Sequence record: DRR723986_4705
Length of the DNA stretch: 33,931 nt
Direction: 5' to 3' (one strand)
The notes under the pieces are model-generated. The model saw only the letters and a list, made by a program, of their open reading frames with translations. It was not told the DNA's origin and did not search any database. Below, one piece after another: positions 8,509 through 18,079 of this stretch (its first letter is position 1; every line of letters starts with the position of its first letter). The position numbers were made by a program, and so were the translations under genes.

Positions 8509-8886
8509 TCAGCCTCGCCTGACTACCATCACCTCGTATTGTCCACGGGGGCCGATGAATTGTGCGCAAAGGCCGCTGACAACACTCACGATGATGGCTC
8601 CGAAGACGGCACTCCAGAAGCCAACCACCTCAAACCCGTCCACAAACCAGCCGGCCAGGTTCAGCATGGCCGCGTTCAGTAGCAGCAGGAATACGCCGAG
8701 CGTCAGAATGGTAAGCGGGAGCGTCAACAACACAAGCACGGGTCGCACGATAGCGTTGATCAGGCCAAGGGCAATCGCCGCCCAGATCAGGGCGCTGGTC
8801 GAACTCGCACTGACACCCGGTACGAGGTAGGCGGCGAGCCAGATCCCGAGCCCGGTGACGACAGTTCGTAAGATGATTCCCAGCAT
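8509..8886 (-). CDS. Phage holin superfamily IV / YvlD (DUF360) membrane protein
   Basis: Four hydrophobic helices; family signature NAIVRPVLVLLTLPLTILTLGVF. Confidence 0.85.
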   Translation of the reverse strand: MLGIILRTVVTGLGIWLAAYLVPGVSASSTSALIWAAIALGLINAIVRPVLVLLTLPLTILTLGVFLLLLNAAMLNLAGWFVDGFEVVGFWSAVFGAIIVSVVSGLCAQFIGPRGQYEVMVVRRG

Positions 8887-8968
8887 CAGGTCACTCTATC
8901 ACCGGGGCTTGGAAGGTGCCAGATATCCTGGTCGTCTGTCCGGCCCGCCTGCTGTTCCCGTACATCAA

Positions 8969-10039
8969 CTAAAGCCCGGTGGCGCGCAATACGATCTCGT
9001 CGGAGCCGGCCGGGAGGGAGAAGGCCGTCCCGTCCTCACCAATGGTGTAGTTCGGGAAGATCGATTCAGCGCCGTTGAGGTACAGGCTTTTCTGTCCCGG
9101 AATCACCAGGGGCGGCACGATGTGGTAGTACAGCAGGTGTCCCACGCCGGCATCCCTGGCAGTCTCTGCCGCTTCCACCGGGCTGGCATGGTAGTCGAGA
9201 ATGTCCTCGGTAATTTTGTCCATGATCGCGTTGCCGTTCTTGCGCGCGGCAGCGTTCATCATATTCACCAGGTTTGGCGCCAGCGCTTCGTGTACCAGTA
9301 GGTCTACGCCCTTGGCAAAGTTCTCGATGTTGGCCTGTTTGATGGTATCGCCGGTGATCAGCAGCGAGCGCCCCTTGTAGGTAAACCGGTAGCCGACCGC
9401 CGGCTCCACCGGCGAATGGTCGACGGCAAGCGCCTCGACGGTGAGCCCATCGGCCTCAAAAACGGTATGCAGTTGCCCAACTGGTGGCTTGGCGAATGGC
9501 AGCGCTGTCATCCCGGCGCCACTGATCGGGGCTACGCTGTCGCCGTGGTGCGCGTTGCGATAGACAACGTCCTGAGCGTAGGCGGTATTGAAGCCAGCCA
9601 CCACCTGCTCGACGCCGGTCGGTCCGTACACTGGCAGCGGGCTGGCATTATCGCCGCTCGCCCAACGAAGCGTTGCCAGCTCGCCAAGGCCATCAATGTG
9701 ATCGGAGTGAAAATGGGTCAGTAATACCGCCTGTAGCTTACCCACCGCGTAGCCCATGCGGCCCAGGTTGCGAACCCCGTCGGTGCCGGCATCGACCACG
9801 AACAGCGTTTTCCCGGCAACGACTGCCACGCAGGGCCCTGACGCATTCGGGGCGGGCAGGGGGCCGCCCGCGCCGCACAGGGCCAGGTGCAGACCGTCAT
9901 CGAGTTCTGCCACGATATCTGCACCCATGCGCGCTTCGAGGCCGCGCGCCAACAGGGCGCCAGCAATCTTTGCACGCTGCGTATAGCCGGCGGCTAACAG
10001 GGTGGCGACGATCATGGCCAGTACCGCGATTTTTTTCAT
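8969..10039 (-). CDS. MBL-fold metallo-hydrolase, RNase Z/AtsA-like, with N-terminal signal or anchor
   Basis: THFHSDH motif, VDAG, VDHSP, TGDT, LVHEA. ATG 10039 (MKKIAVLAM...) has an AGGA RBS. Confidence 0.85.
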   Translation of the reverse strand: MKKIAVLAMIVATLLAAGYTQRAKIAGALLARGLEARMGADIVAELDDGLHLALCGAGGPLPAPNASGPCVAVVAGKTLFVVDAGTDGVRNLGRMGYAVGKLQAVLLTHFHSDHIDGLGELATLRWASGDNASPLPVYGPTGVEQVVAGFNTAYAQDVVYRNAHHGDSVAPISGAGMTALPFAKPPVGQLHTVFEADGLTVEALAVDHSPVEPAVGYRFTYKGRSLLITGDTIKQANIENFAKGVDLLVHEALAPNLVNMMNAAARKNGNAIMDKITEDILDYHASPVEAAETARDAGVGHLLYYHIVPPLVIPGQKSLYLNGAESIFPNYTIGEDGTAFSLPAGSDEIVLRATGL

Positions 10040-10185
10040 TGTCTGTTCCTGACGCAAAGACGTGGTTTCTAAGGTGACGCCACAGTGTACTGAGTGGCCT
10101 ATACTCTGTCACTGCAAGCCAAACACCCACCCCAGGTCATCGTCTGACTGGCTCGTCGATGCACCGCTGAACAGGAATTTATGAC

Positions 10186-10860
10186 GTGCAGTACGCCCTC
10201 AATAACAATATCGCTACCCTGACTTTTGATGACGGCAAGGCCAATGTCGTGGGACAACCATTCCTGGATGATATCAACGCGGGTCTCGATCGGGCTCTGG
10301 AAGAGCGGGTCGGCGCAGTGATTCTCAAGGGCAGGGAGGGCATGTTTTCAGGAGGGTTTGACCTTAACGAATTCAAGAAGGGGCCGGAACAGGGGCTGGC
10401 CATGGTTAGCCGGGGGTTTGAGCTGCTCGTGCGCCTGTACAGCTATCCCCTGCCGCTGGTCGCGGCCTGCACCGGTCACGGCATCGCCATGGGGGCCTTT
10501 ATCATCATGGCCTGTGACAGCCGGGTCGCTGTGCGCGGAGCCTACAAGATGAGCTTACCCGAAACCGCTATCGGTATGGACCTGCCGCCTCTCCTTGTGA
10601 GCTTAACCCGTGCGCGGATTAATAGCGCCTACCTCACCCGGGTGGCGCTGCAGTCAGAGGTGTTTGATCCTGAAGCTGCGGTAGGTGCGGGGTTTATCGA
10701 TGAAACCGTTGATCCCGGCGAACTGGATAGCAGGGCCATGGCCATCGCGGAAAAGCTCGCATTACTGCCCCAGGCACAGTACGCCACGAACAAGCTTGCG
10801 ATCCGCGCTGGCACTCTGGAAGCCATGCGCTCGAGCCTCGAGCAGTTGGCAAAATCATAG
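10186..10860 (+). CDS. Crotonase / enoyl-CoA hydratase family protein
   Basis: DDGKAN, FSGGFDL, CTGHGIAMGA and LPETAIG motifs; GTG start with AGGA upstream. Confidence 0.88.
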   Translation: MQYALNNNIATLTFDDGKANVVGQPFLDDINAGLDRALEERVGAVILKGREGMFSGGFDLNEFKKGPEQGLAMVSRGFELLVRLYSYPLPLVAACTGHGIAMGAFIIMACDSRVAVRGAYKMSLPETAIGMDLPPLLVSLTRARINSAYLTRVALQSEVFDPEAAVGAGFIDETVDPGELDSRAMAIAEKLALLPQAQYATNKLAIRAGTLEAMRSSLEQLAKS

Positions 10861-10905
10861 CGACGCGGCAACCGATTGTGGCGGGTGAGTCCGCCGGAGA
10901 AAACC

Positions 10906-11949
10906 ATGGCCTCACCCGAAAGAATTCAACTGCTTGGCGCAACGGCATCGCCCTATACCCAGAAGATGGTCGCCCTGTTGCGTTACCGGCATATCCCCTA
11001 CGCCATCAGCTGGGGAGATGCCGCTGCCTTTCTCGATGCCCGGGGTATTGAGAAACCCCGGCCCCTGTTAATGCCCACCTTTCTGTTCGAGGAGGAGGGT
11101 GAACTTCGGCCGGTCTGTGACTCCACGCCGATTATTCGCCGCCTCGAAAGCAGTGTCCCGGGCCGCTCGGTTATACCGCCCGATCCGGCGCTGGCCTTTA
11201 TCGATTATCTCATCGAGGACTTCGGGGATGAGTGGTGTACCAAGTACATGTTCCACTACCGTTGGTACCCCGAGGCAGATGCTGACAACGCCGGCACACT
11301 GCTACCCCTGGCGATTGATGTCAGTATGCCGCCCGCGCAGCTGCAGCAGGCCAAGGCCTATTTCTCCGAGCGCCAGATCGGTCGCCTTTACGTGGTGGGT
11401 TCCAGCGATACGACAGCGCCGGTCATCGACGCGAGCTACCGTCGCTTTCTCCTTGCGATGGAAAATCATCTCGCCAAGCATCACTTCATGCTCGGTAACC
11501 GGCCGGGCGCGGGTGATTTTGCCCTGTACGGGCAGCTAACCCAGCTGGTTGGCTTCGATCCAACGCCGCGAGCTATTGCGCACGACCTCTCACCGCGGAC
11601 TGTGGCCTGGGTGGGGCAGGTCGCCGATCTGAGTGGCGTGGACGTCGGGGCCGATGACTGGATTGATCCGGACGCTGCGCCAAACAGCCTGCGCGACCTG
11701 CTTACCGAGGTCGGTCGCGTTTACGCACCGGCCCTGCTGGCCAATGCTGCGGCAGTGCGGCAGGGCGCCAAGTCATGGGTGGCGGAAATCGACGGCGCCA
11801 CCTGGCAGCAGCAGACATTTCCCTACCAGGCCAAGTGCCTGAAGTGGATCAACGAACAGTACCAGGCACTGGACGATCAGAACCGCTCCCGGGTCGACAA
11901 GCTGCTGGAGGGTACTGGCTGCGAAACGCTCCTGATCGGCGGCGCGTAA
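10906..11949 (+). CDS. Glutathione S-transferase family protein (long form)
   Basis: N-terminal SPYTQK, MP..., DSTPII, DEW....MFHYRW, FMLGNRPGAGDFALYG. ATG 10906 has a GGAG RBS. Confidence 0.82.
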   Translation: MASPERIQLLGATASPYTQKMVALLRYRHIPYAISWGDAAAFLDARGIEKPRPLLMPTFLFEEEGELRPVCDSTPIIRRLESSVPGRSVIPPDPALAFIDYLIEDFGDEWCTKYMFHYRWYPEADADNAGTLLPLAIDVSMPPAQLQQAKAYFSERQIGRLYVVGSSDTTAPVIDASYRRFLLAMENHLAKHHFMLGNRPGAGDFALYGQLTQLVGFDPTPRAIAHDLSPRTVAWVGQVADLSGVDVGADDWIDPDAAPNSLRDLLTEVGRVYAPALLANAAAVRQGAKSWVAEIDGATWQQQTFPYQAKCLKWINEQYQALDDQNRSRVDKLLEGTGCETLLIGGA

Positions 11950-11977
11950 TCAGCTTGTCAGGTGACGGCCGCAAGAT

Positions 11978-13441
11978 TCAGGTCAGGAACGTCTCGCGGG
12001 TAAAGCTGCCGTGAAAGCCGAAGGGCACGTGGTGGTCCAGCATGATTGCAGCCAGTTCGTTTTCCGGATTGGCTGCCTCCAGTACGACGACTTCGGAGCG
12101 ATGCGCGCCAGCATCGTACACCACCGCAAGCAAATACCCGTCATCCGTCGCTGTCGCCCCCTCGCGAGGCACGAACAGTGCTTCCGACGTATAACGGTTC
12201 TCGCCAACGTCCGCCGTCTTCACCGCACCGGTGACGGTATCCAGCTTCACCACGCTGTTGAAGAACCCGGTCTGGCGCTGGTCCGCGTGAGCCACAAAAA
12301 AGCAGTGCCGGGTGTCAGTACCTGATCGGCTGTTATCCCAGGCGGGAAATTCGCCGATCGGGGCGCTGTCGTAGCACGCCTGCGCAGTCCGGCCGGTTTT
12401 CACGTTGATCCGCAGGCGGTTCAGTGATGCGCCGGCGACCCGTTCAACCGCAAAGACATCGCCGAGCCAGGAGAAGCCCTCGGTGTCGGTCGTATGGAAG
12501 AAATCGGTGACGATCTCATCGCCCACTTCAAAGGAATTGGCGAAGTGGATAACGATGCCGGGAGGCAGCTCGAAGCGCTGGGCGACGCTCATGCTGCGCA
12601 GGTCGACCACGATCCCGGCCATGGGCATTTGCTCGTCATAGTGCAGTGAATCGCTCAGGGTTGAGGTTCCGAGCAATGGGCCGCCAAGGCCGAAGCTGAT
12701 CGAGCTGACAATGAAAACGGCATAGTTTTCGGTGAGGCCGAAATCATGCAGGAATGGAAACCCTGGCAGTGGAATTCGGCAGCTGGAGCGGACCTGGCCT
12801 GTCGTGTCGATATCAAAAACGTCCAGGGCGCATTTTATTCCGCCCAGACCGAGGCCGGCGAGGTTGACCCCGAAGTTGATCTGGTGGCCATTGGCCGGAT
12901 GAACCTTGCCATGCGCACTGATTGTGGTACGCGCGTTCAGGGCGTCGCCGTAGTACTCCGGCCCCTCGGTTTCGAGTGTTTGCGGATCGAGGCGGTAGGG
13001 CTGGCCGCCCTCGTAGAACGCACAGAGCTTGCCGCCATGCCAGAAGACGTTGGTATTGGCGGGGTTGGAGATGGGGCGCAGCAGGTTGCGCAGCAGACCA
13101 CCTTCGATCTGGGTGCCGAAACCACGGCAGCTGATTTTGCCGTTGCCACTGTCTTTCAGGTACTTGGGTGTCCTGACGTAGCGGTTCTTGAAGTGCGCTT
13201 TACCTTCGGCGAAGGTCACGGCGCTGACCATGCCGGGCCCGTCGAACCAGTGGCCGTAAGGGCTTTCGCCGATCGCCATGCTGCCCGGCCCGTTGCGAAA
13301 CAGGGTGCCTGTGAGGTCGGGCGGTAGCTTGCCGCGGACAGTGTCAATCCAGCCGCTGTGTTCATCCTGCAAGGGCAGGAATCCGCGGTGAAAATCGCCT
13401 TCGCGATCGGCGATCGCCTGCATGCTGGTTAAGCTGGTCAT
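11978..13441 (-). CDS. Carotenoid cleavage oxygenase family (RPE65/ACO-like)
   Basis: GTLFRNGPG, HWFDGPGM, NPANTNV; four Fe-ligand His contexts SAHGK, FLHDF, IHFAN, GFHGSF; EFP and SEALFVPR...DDGYL. Confidence 0.92.
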   Translation of the reverse strand: MTSLTSMQAIADREGDFHRGFLPLQDEHSGWIDTVRGKLPPDLTGTLFRNGPGSMAIGESPYGHWFDGPGMVSAVTFAEGKAHFKNRYVRTPKYLKDSGNGKISCRGFGTQIEGGLLRNLLRPISNPANTNVFWHGGKLCAFYEGGQPYRLDPQTLETEGPEYYGDALNARTTISAHGKVHPANGHQINFGVNLAGLGLGGIKCALDVFDIDTTGQVRSSCRIPLPGFPFLHDFGLTENYAVFIVSSISFGLGGPLLGTSTLSDSLHYDEQMPMAGIVVDLRSMSVAQRFELPPGIVIHFANSFEVGDEIVTDFFHTTDTEGFSWLGDVFAVERVAGASLNRLRINVKTGRTAQACYDSAPIGEFPAWDNSRSGTDTRHCFFVAHADQRQTGFFNSVVKLDTVTGAVKTADVGENRYTSEALFVPREGATATDDGYLLAVVYDAGAHRSEVVVLEAANPENELAAIMLDHHVPFGFHGSFTRETFLT

Positions 13442-14196
13442 GTCGTTTCCTTGTGACTATTGGCTGTCGCCGGGCTTCCGCCGGCTATGTTGGGCTGCTG
13501 TGTACCGTCTTCCGGCAGGAGGATGTCGACGCTGGCAATGAGCAGCGCGTCTACCAGCGCATCCACATCGATATCGAGTTTCTCGAGCATGCGGTGGTTG
13601 TAGAGGTCGATCAGGCCGTGGGTGTTGGTGAGCAAGGTGATGACTCTTACCCAGATCGCATTGGCGCCAAAATCCTCCGCGCCGGGTCCTTCCAGACCGG
13701 GCAGGGACTGGTCGTCTGTTGGCGGGGTCATGGTAATCCCGTACTGGCCGAGAATTTCCGCGAACACGCCCATCATGCGCATTACCGTCTGCTGCCTCAG
13801 GTCGCCGTCAAGGGCCCGGTATTCGCCGTCGCTGTTCTCGCGCAGGCTGATGGGGGGGTGGAGCATGAGTTCCCAGTACCCGGTCCAGTCGCGGGAAAAG
13901 CGCACGGCGGACTGCAGCATCGATACCAGTTTCTGGCGCGGGGCGTCCGCGCTGTCCAGACCCTCGCGGGTGTAGCTGTCCAGCAGGGCGAAACCGCGCT
14001 GCGTGGTCTCCACGAACAGTTGCTGCTTGCTGGGGAAGTAGTTGTAGAGGTTTGCCGCGGTCATACCCGTGCTTGCCGCCAGGGCGCGCATCGATAGCTT
14101 GTCGACCCCGGCCACCGCCAGCACCTGAGACGCCTCATCCATGATGCGCTCTTTCTGTGCCGTGATTTCCGCGTCAGAGTAGGCTTTCTTCGGCAT
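13438..14196 (-). CDS. TetR/AcrR family transcriptional regulator
   Basis: N-terminal HTH LSMRALA...GMTAANLYNYFPSKQQL; 4-nt ATGA overlap with the oxygenase gene. Confidence 0.92.
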   Translation of the reverse strand: MPKKAYSDAEITAQKERIMDEASQVLAVAGVDKLSMRALAASTGMTAANLYNYFPSKQQLFVETTQRGFALLDSYTREGLDSADAPRQKLVSMLQSAVRFSRDWTGYWELMLHPPISLRENSDGEYRALDGDLRQQTVMRMMGVFAEILGQYGITMTPPTDDQSLPGLEGPGAEDFGANAIWVRVITLLTNTHGLIDLYNHRMLEKLDIDVDALVDALLIASVDILLPEDGTQQPNIAGGSPATANSHKETT

Positions 14197-14258
14197 AACA
14201 GTGTCCGGCTGGCGGACGGTCCCCCTATCGCCGTCCCGGGTGGCGGCTGATGGGTTGA

Positions 14259-14294
14259 AGATTAATAAACAACCGTTAAATTAACAAGTGTTCA
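14259..14294 (-). promoter_or_regulatory. Putative sigma70 promoter of tetR-oxygenase, overlapped by tandem palindromic operators
   Basis: Minus strand TTGTTA (14287-14282), 17 nt, TAATCT (14264-14259). AAC-N4-GTT boxes at 14266-14279 and 14281-14294. Confidence 0.5.
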
Positions 14295-14362
14295 GTGAAT
14301 ATCGCAGGCCAAATATGTCGCTTATCACGACCTGTCGCCATGATGGGTAAAGCCTGATTGGT

Positions 14363-16789
14363 TTAGTTGCTAAGCCTTACTGTGATGCCGTAGGTGGCCT
14401 GCGGCGCGACAACACCTGCGTAACCCCCGATGGTGGGTATGTCGAGGCCGAACACGTAATACTCCTCATCCAGCAGGTTGCGGCCCCAGAGAATAAGCTC
14501 CCAGTCGCGGGCGCTGTTGCTGAGAGTCAGCCGCAGGTTAACGAGGTTGACCGCGTCGTTTTCCAGATGAGGATCGAGGTCCTCTTCGAGAAAAAAACTG
14601 TCGATGAAGCTGTGTTCCAGGCGTCCGAGCAGCACCAGATCGTCGCCCAGAGACCACTCGTAATCAAGGTAGCTGCTGAGCGTCCACTCCGGTGCATTGG
14701 CCAGGGGCTTGCCCGCCAGGTCCTGGCTGCAGCTGCTGTTGGTGCCCGGCGAGCCGCCCTGGGCGCCCTCCTCGATGTAGTATTGGGTGAAGGTCTGCTC
14801 CACCGTGCACTGGGCGTTGTCGAAGGAATCATACTCGGCCTTGTTGAAGCCCAGGGCCATGCCCAGGGTCATATCGGCTACCGGGACGAACATGGCTTCC
14901 AGTTCGACCCCGTAGCTCTCCAGGTTGCCCGCGTTGGTCACCCTGACCGAGGAACCGTCGAAAGTCTGGGACTGGAAATCTTCGTAGTCGACAAAAAAGA
15001 GGGTGCCGTTGAACTGCAGGCGCCGGTTGTTCCAGGTGGTCTTCCAGCCCATTTCGTAGTTGGTGGCTATCTCTTCATCGAATTCGCCGTCGGAGCTGGA
15101 TATCTCGCGGCGCTGGTTATAACCACCGGACTTGAATCCCCGGCTCACCGAACCGTAGACCATGGTGTCCGCGTCGAAGAAGTAACGCAGGTTGATTGCC
15201 GGGGAGATGGCGGAGTCGCTGCGACTGCTGTCGTAGTAAATGTCGGGGCCTGCAACGGGTGGCAAGTCGATAGGAAAGCTCGGCGAGGTCAGTTGCGAGC
15301 CTTCCCGCTGCTTCTTTTCATAGGTATAGCGCAGGCCAAAGGTCGCACTGAGATCATCATTGATATTCCAGCTGGCCTGGCCGAAAGCGGCGTAGCTGGT
15401 GGTGGTGTAGTCATTGGTATCGACGTTGGTGGAGCCCTCGGGGAAGAAGGTGCCCAGGGTAAGACCACCGCCCACACTGATGTTGTCAACCAGGGTCTCT
15501 TGCTGGGTGAAGGTGCCAACCGAGTCGAAGGTCGAATAGTACGCGTACAGCCCGCCCTGGTAGTCGATGACCTCGCCCCCGGGAGAGGTGAAGCGAAGCT
15601 CCGATGAATACTGGTCAAGCTCGACTTCGGTCTGGGTGCTCACCGCAGCGTAGGCGGTGAAATCGCCATCGAACTGGCTGTCAGAGCTGTAATGCCGCCA
15701 GGCATTGAGAAAGGTCAGCGCGCTGCCATCGGCAAGGTCCCTGTTCCACTCCACTGCGGCCCCGCCGACCTCGACCTCGTTGCGCAGGGGATCATCGAAC
15801 CAGTAATCGTCGCCGAATGGATTGGCGCGCGGCGGCGAAAAGCCTTCGGCATCTTCCAGCGCGCTGTACTGGAGGATTGGGTTGCCAAGGGCATTCAATC
15901 CCAGCTCCGCCTGCAGTTCAGCCGAGGGGTGATTGGTGGTGGGCGAATTCAACACCGACAGCCCGTTGTAATCAATCACCGCAAAGGCACAGCAGTCGGT
16001 GTCTTCCCTGGTGTAATCAAGGGTGACGATCAGTTCACCAAAGTCCGCTCCGGATTGCTCACCGTCAAGATCCAGCAGCAGGCGTGACCTTGCGCCGTAT
16101 TTGCTGGCATTGTTTACACCCTTGCCGGTAACCGTGTTGGTGTACAGGTGGTCGCCATCGATACCGAAACCTGTCAGGCGCAGTGCATGGGCTGAGTCAC
16201 CCAGCGGCAGGTTGATCATGCCGCGCAGTTCGAGACGGTCGTTGCTGTCATAGCTGGCCTCGACCATCGACTCGAAATCCGCGCTTGGCCTGTTGGTAAA
16301 CACACTGATCGCACCGGCGGAGGTATTCTTGCCGTAGAGCGTGCCCTGCGGGCCGCGTAACACCTCTACCCGCTGTACGTCTACGAGGTCACCGATGCTC
16401 ATGCCGGTGCGACCCTGGTAGACGCCATCAATAAACAGGCCGACGCTGGGATCCACGCCGGAGTTACTGCCCACCGAGCCAATGCCGCGTATGCGGATCG
16501 CGGTTGAACGGGTGTCGGTTCCCTCGCTGATCCGCAGGTTGGGTGTGTACTGGTCCAGTTCGGCAATCTCGGTGACTCCCGAGTCGCGAAAGAAATCCTC
16601 GGAGAAGGCGGAGACCGACATGGGGACATCCTGGAGGTTCTCCAGGCGTCGGGTCGCTGTTACCAGCACTTCTTCCAGCGCCAGGCTTTTCTTTGCCGGT
16701 TTCTCAGTGGTGTTTTGCTGGGCCATGGCGGGCATGGCAATCGTGCTCATGCTGGCGAGCAAGGCAACAAGAAATCTCGAACCTGTCAT
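14363..16789 (-). CDS. TonB-dependent receptor
   Basis: Signal peptide, TonB box LEEVLVTA, plug motifs IRIRGIG and VEVLRGPQGTLYGKN, barrel motifs SRGFKSGG and GRNLLDEEY. Confidence 0.95.
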   Translation of the reverse strand: MTGSRFLVALLASMSTIAMPAMAQQNTTEKPAKKSLALEEVLVTATRRLENLQDVPMSVSAFSEDFFRDSGVTEIAELDQYTPNLRISEGTDTRSTAIRIRGIGSVGSNSGVDPSVGLFIDGVYQGRTGMSIGDLVDVQRVEVLRGPQGTLYGKNTSAGAISVFTNRPSADFESMVEASYDSNDRLELRGMINLPLGDSAHALRLTGFGIDGDHLYTNTVTGKGVNNASKYGARSRLLLDLDGEQSGADFGELIVTLDYTREDTDCCAFAVIDYNGLSVLNSPTTNHPSAELQAELGLNALGNPILQYSALEDAEGFSPPRANPFGDDYWFDDPLRNEVEVGGAAVEWNRDLADGSALTFLNAWRHYSSDSQFDGDFTAYAAVSTQTEVELDQYSSELRFTSPGGEVIDYQGGLYAYYSTFDSVGTFTQQETLVDNISVGGGLTLGTFFPEGSTNVDTNDYTTTSYAAFGQASWNINDDLSATFGLRYTYEKKQREGSQLTSPSFPIDLPPVAGPDIYYDSSRSDSAISPAINLRYFFDADTMVYGSVSRGFKSGGYNQRREISSSDGEFDEEIATNYEMGWKTTWNNRRLQFNGTLFFVDYEDFQSQTFDGSSVRVTNAGNLESYGVELEAMFVPVADMTLGMALGFNKAEYDSFDNAQCTVEQTFTQYYIEEGAQGGSPGTNSSCSQDLAGKPLANAPEWTLSSYLDYEWSLGDDLVLLGRLEHSFIDSFFLEEDLDPHLENDAVNLVNLRLTLSNSARDWELILWGRNLLDEEYYVFGLDIPTIGGYAGVVAPQATYGITVRLSN

Positions 16790-16810
16790 GTGATGAACCC
16801 CTGCAATTGA

Positions 16811-16823
16811 ATTTTTATTGTTA
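16811..16823 (-). promoter_or_regulatory. AAN-repeat (Hfq/Crc-type) motif in the TBDR leader
   Basis: Minus strand TAACAATAAAAAT about 22 nt upstream of the ATG, in a GC-rich background. Confidence 0.4.
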
Positions 16824-17071
16824 TGACAAGGCCGGTCACGGGGTTGTCAGCGGCCGTCCTGCTTGATTCTAGCTCATGGCGCCGGTCTGTGTATCCGGTG
16901 TCACGAACAGGCTGATAAATAGGGTTCCTGCCGGCACTGGAGCAGGCCGCTGCCAGCGGATAGCCTGCAGCTTACAAGGTGCGTCAGCAGAGGCTGGGCG
17001 CTGGAGAATGTATTGCAGTCTGGAGGCATGCCGGTAGACTGACTGCTGCTCACGCTCACGGGGAATGTTCG

Positions 17072-18079
17072 ATGCTGCCTGACGATTCGGGTTTGCTGCA
17101 GTCTGTTATCTGGCTGGTCGGCTCAGTCACCCTGCTGGTTCTGCTGCTGGCGGCGCTGGGCAAGGTCTGGTCGATGCTGTGTCATCGGCCGTTGCTGGAT
17201 ATCAGCGGTCGCTGGGTCGTGGTGACCGGCTGTGATTCCGGCATCGGGCGTGGCGTGCTTGCCGGCCTGGTCGGGCGAGGAGCAAAAGTGATTGCCCTGT
17301 GCTACACCGAGGCTGGCTCGGCCGCGGCCCTGGCGGAGGGCGCTGCGCTGGCACCGCGGGTCGACCTGTGCGATCAACAGCAGGTGCTCGATACGGTGCA
17401 ACAGGTGCAGGCGCAGACCGGCGGTGAACTGTGGGGTTTGGTTCACGCCGCCGGTTCGGTATTACCGGGCTTCGTCGATTACCAACCCATCGCTTTTTAC
17501 CGGGATGTGATGGAGGTGAATTTCTTCGCGCCGGTATTGCTCACCCAGAAACTGCTGCCCATGTTACGTAAGGCGCGCGGGCGGGTTGTGATTGTCAGCA
17601 GCGTTGACGGCCTGGTCAGCCTGCCCGGTAACGCCCCCTACGACGCCTCCAAGTTTGCCGTGGAAGCCTACGCCGATGCGCTGCGCGCCGAGTTGTCCTT
17701 CTGGGATGTGGGCGTTAGCGTGGTTAACCCGTCGACCATGCGCACACCCATGTCGGAGGGGTTCTTTGCGGGCCATCGCAAGGCCTGGGAGGAGACCGAG
17801 CGGCTCGATCCTGACGGCGACTGGAAGCAGGCCTGGCCTGCGGACTGGCTCGATGCCTATGTCGATCTCAATACCCGCCAGCTGGACCGTATTTCCCAGG
17901 ATCCTGCCGCCGCCATTGACGATATCGTGCATGCGGTAGCGGCGGTGCGCCCCCGACTACGCTACCTCAGCGGCACCCTGGCCAAGACACTGTTCTACCT
18001 GCTCTGGATCGGGCCTGAGGCCTGGGCTCTGCGCTTCAAGCGGGTCATGATCCAGCCACCACCACCGGTGAACTCCTGA
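17072..18079 (+). CDS. SDR oxidoreductase, retinol dehydrogenase / 17beta-HSD2-like, with N-terminal TM anchor
   Basis: TGCDSGIG cofactor motif, LWGLV, GRVVIVSS, catalytic YDASK; hydrophobic N-terminal segment. Start placed at ATG 17072 (track start 16979). Confidence 0.88.
   Translation: MLPDDSGLLQSVIWLVGSVTLLVLLLAALGKVWSMLCHRPLLDISGRWVVVTGCDSGIGRGVLAGLVGRGAKVIALCYTEAGSAAALAEGAALAPRVDLCDQQQVLDTVQQVQAQTGGELWGLVHAAGSVLPGFVDYQPIAFYRDVMEVNFFAPVLLTQKLLPMLRKARGRVVIVSSVDGLVSLPGNAPYDASKFAVEAYADALRAELSFWDVGVSVVNPSTMRTPMSEGFFAGHRKAWEETERLDPDGDWKQAWPADWLDAYVDLNTRQLDRISQDPAAAIDDIVHAVAAVRPRLRYLSGTLAKTLFYLLWIGPEAWALRFKRVMIQPPPPVNS

Noticed and set aside
8509-8886. Holin as evidence of a prophage
   Set aside because: The YvlD/DUF360 family is commonly chromosomal; no endolysin, integrase or structural genes nearby.
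14567-15607. 346-aa + strand ORF
   Set aside because: Antisense shadow of the TonB-dependent receptor.
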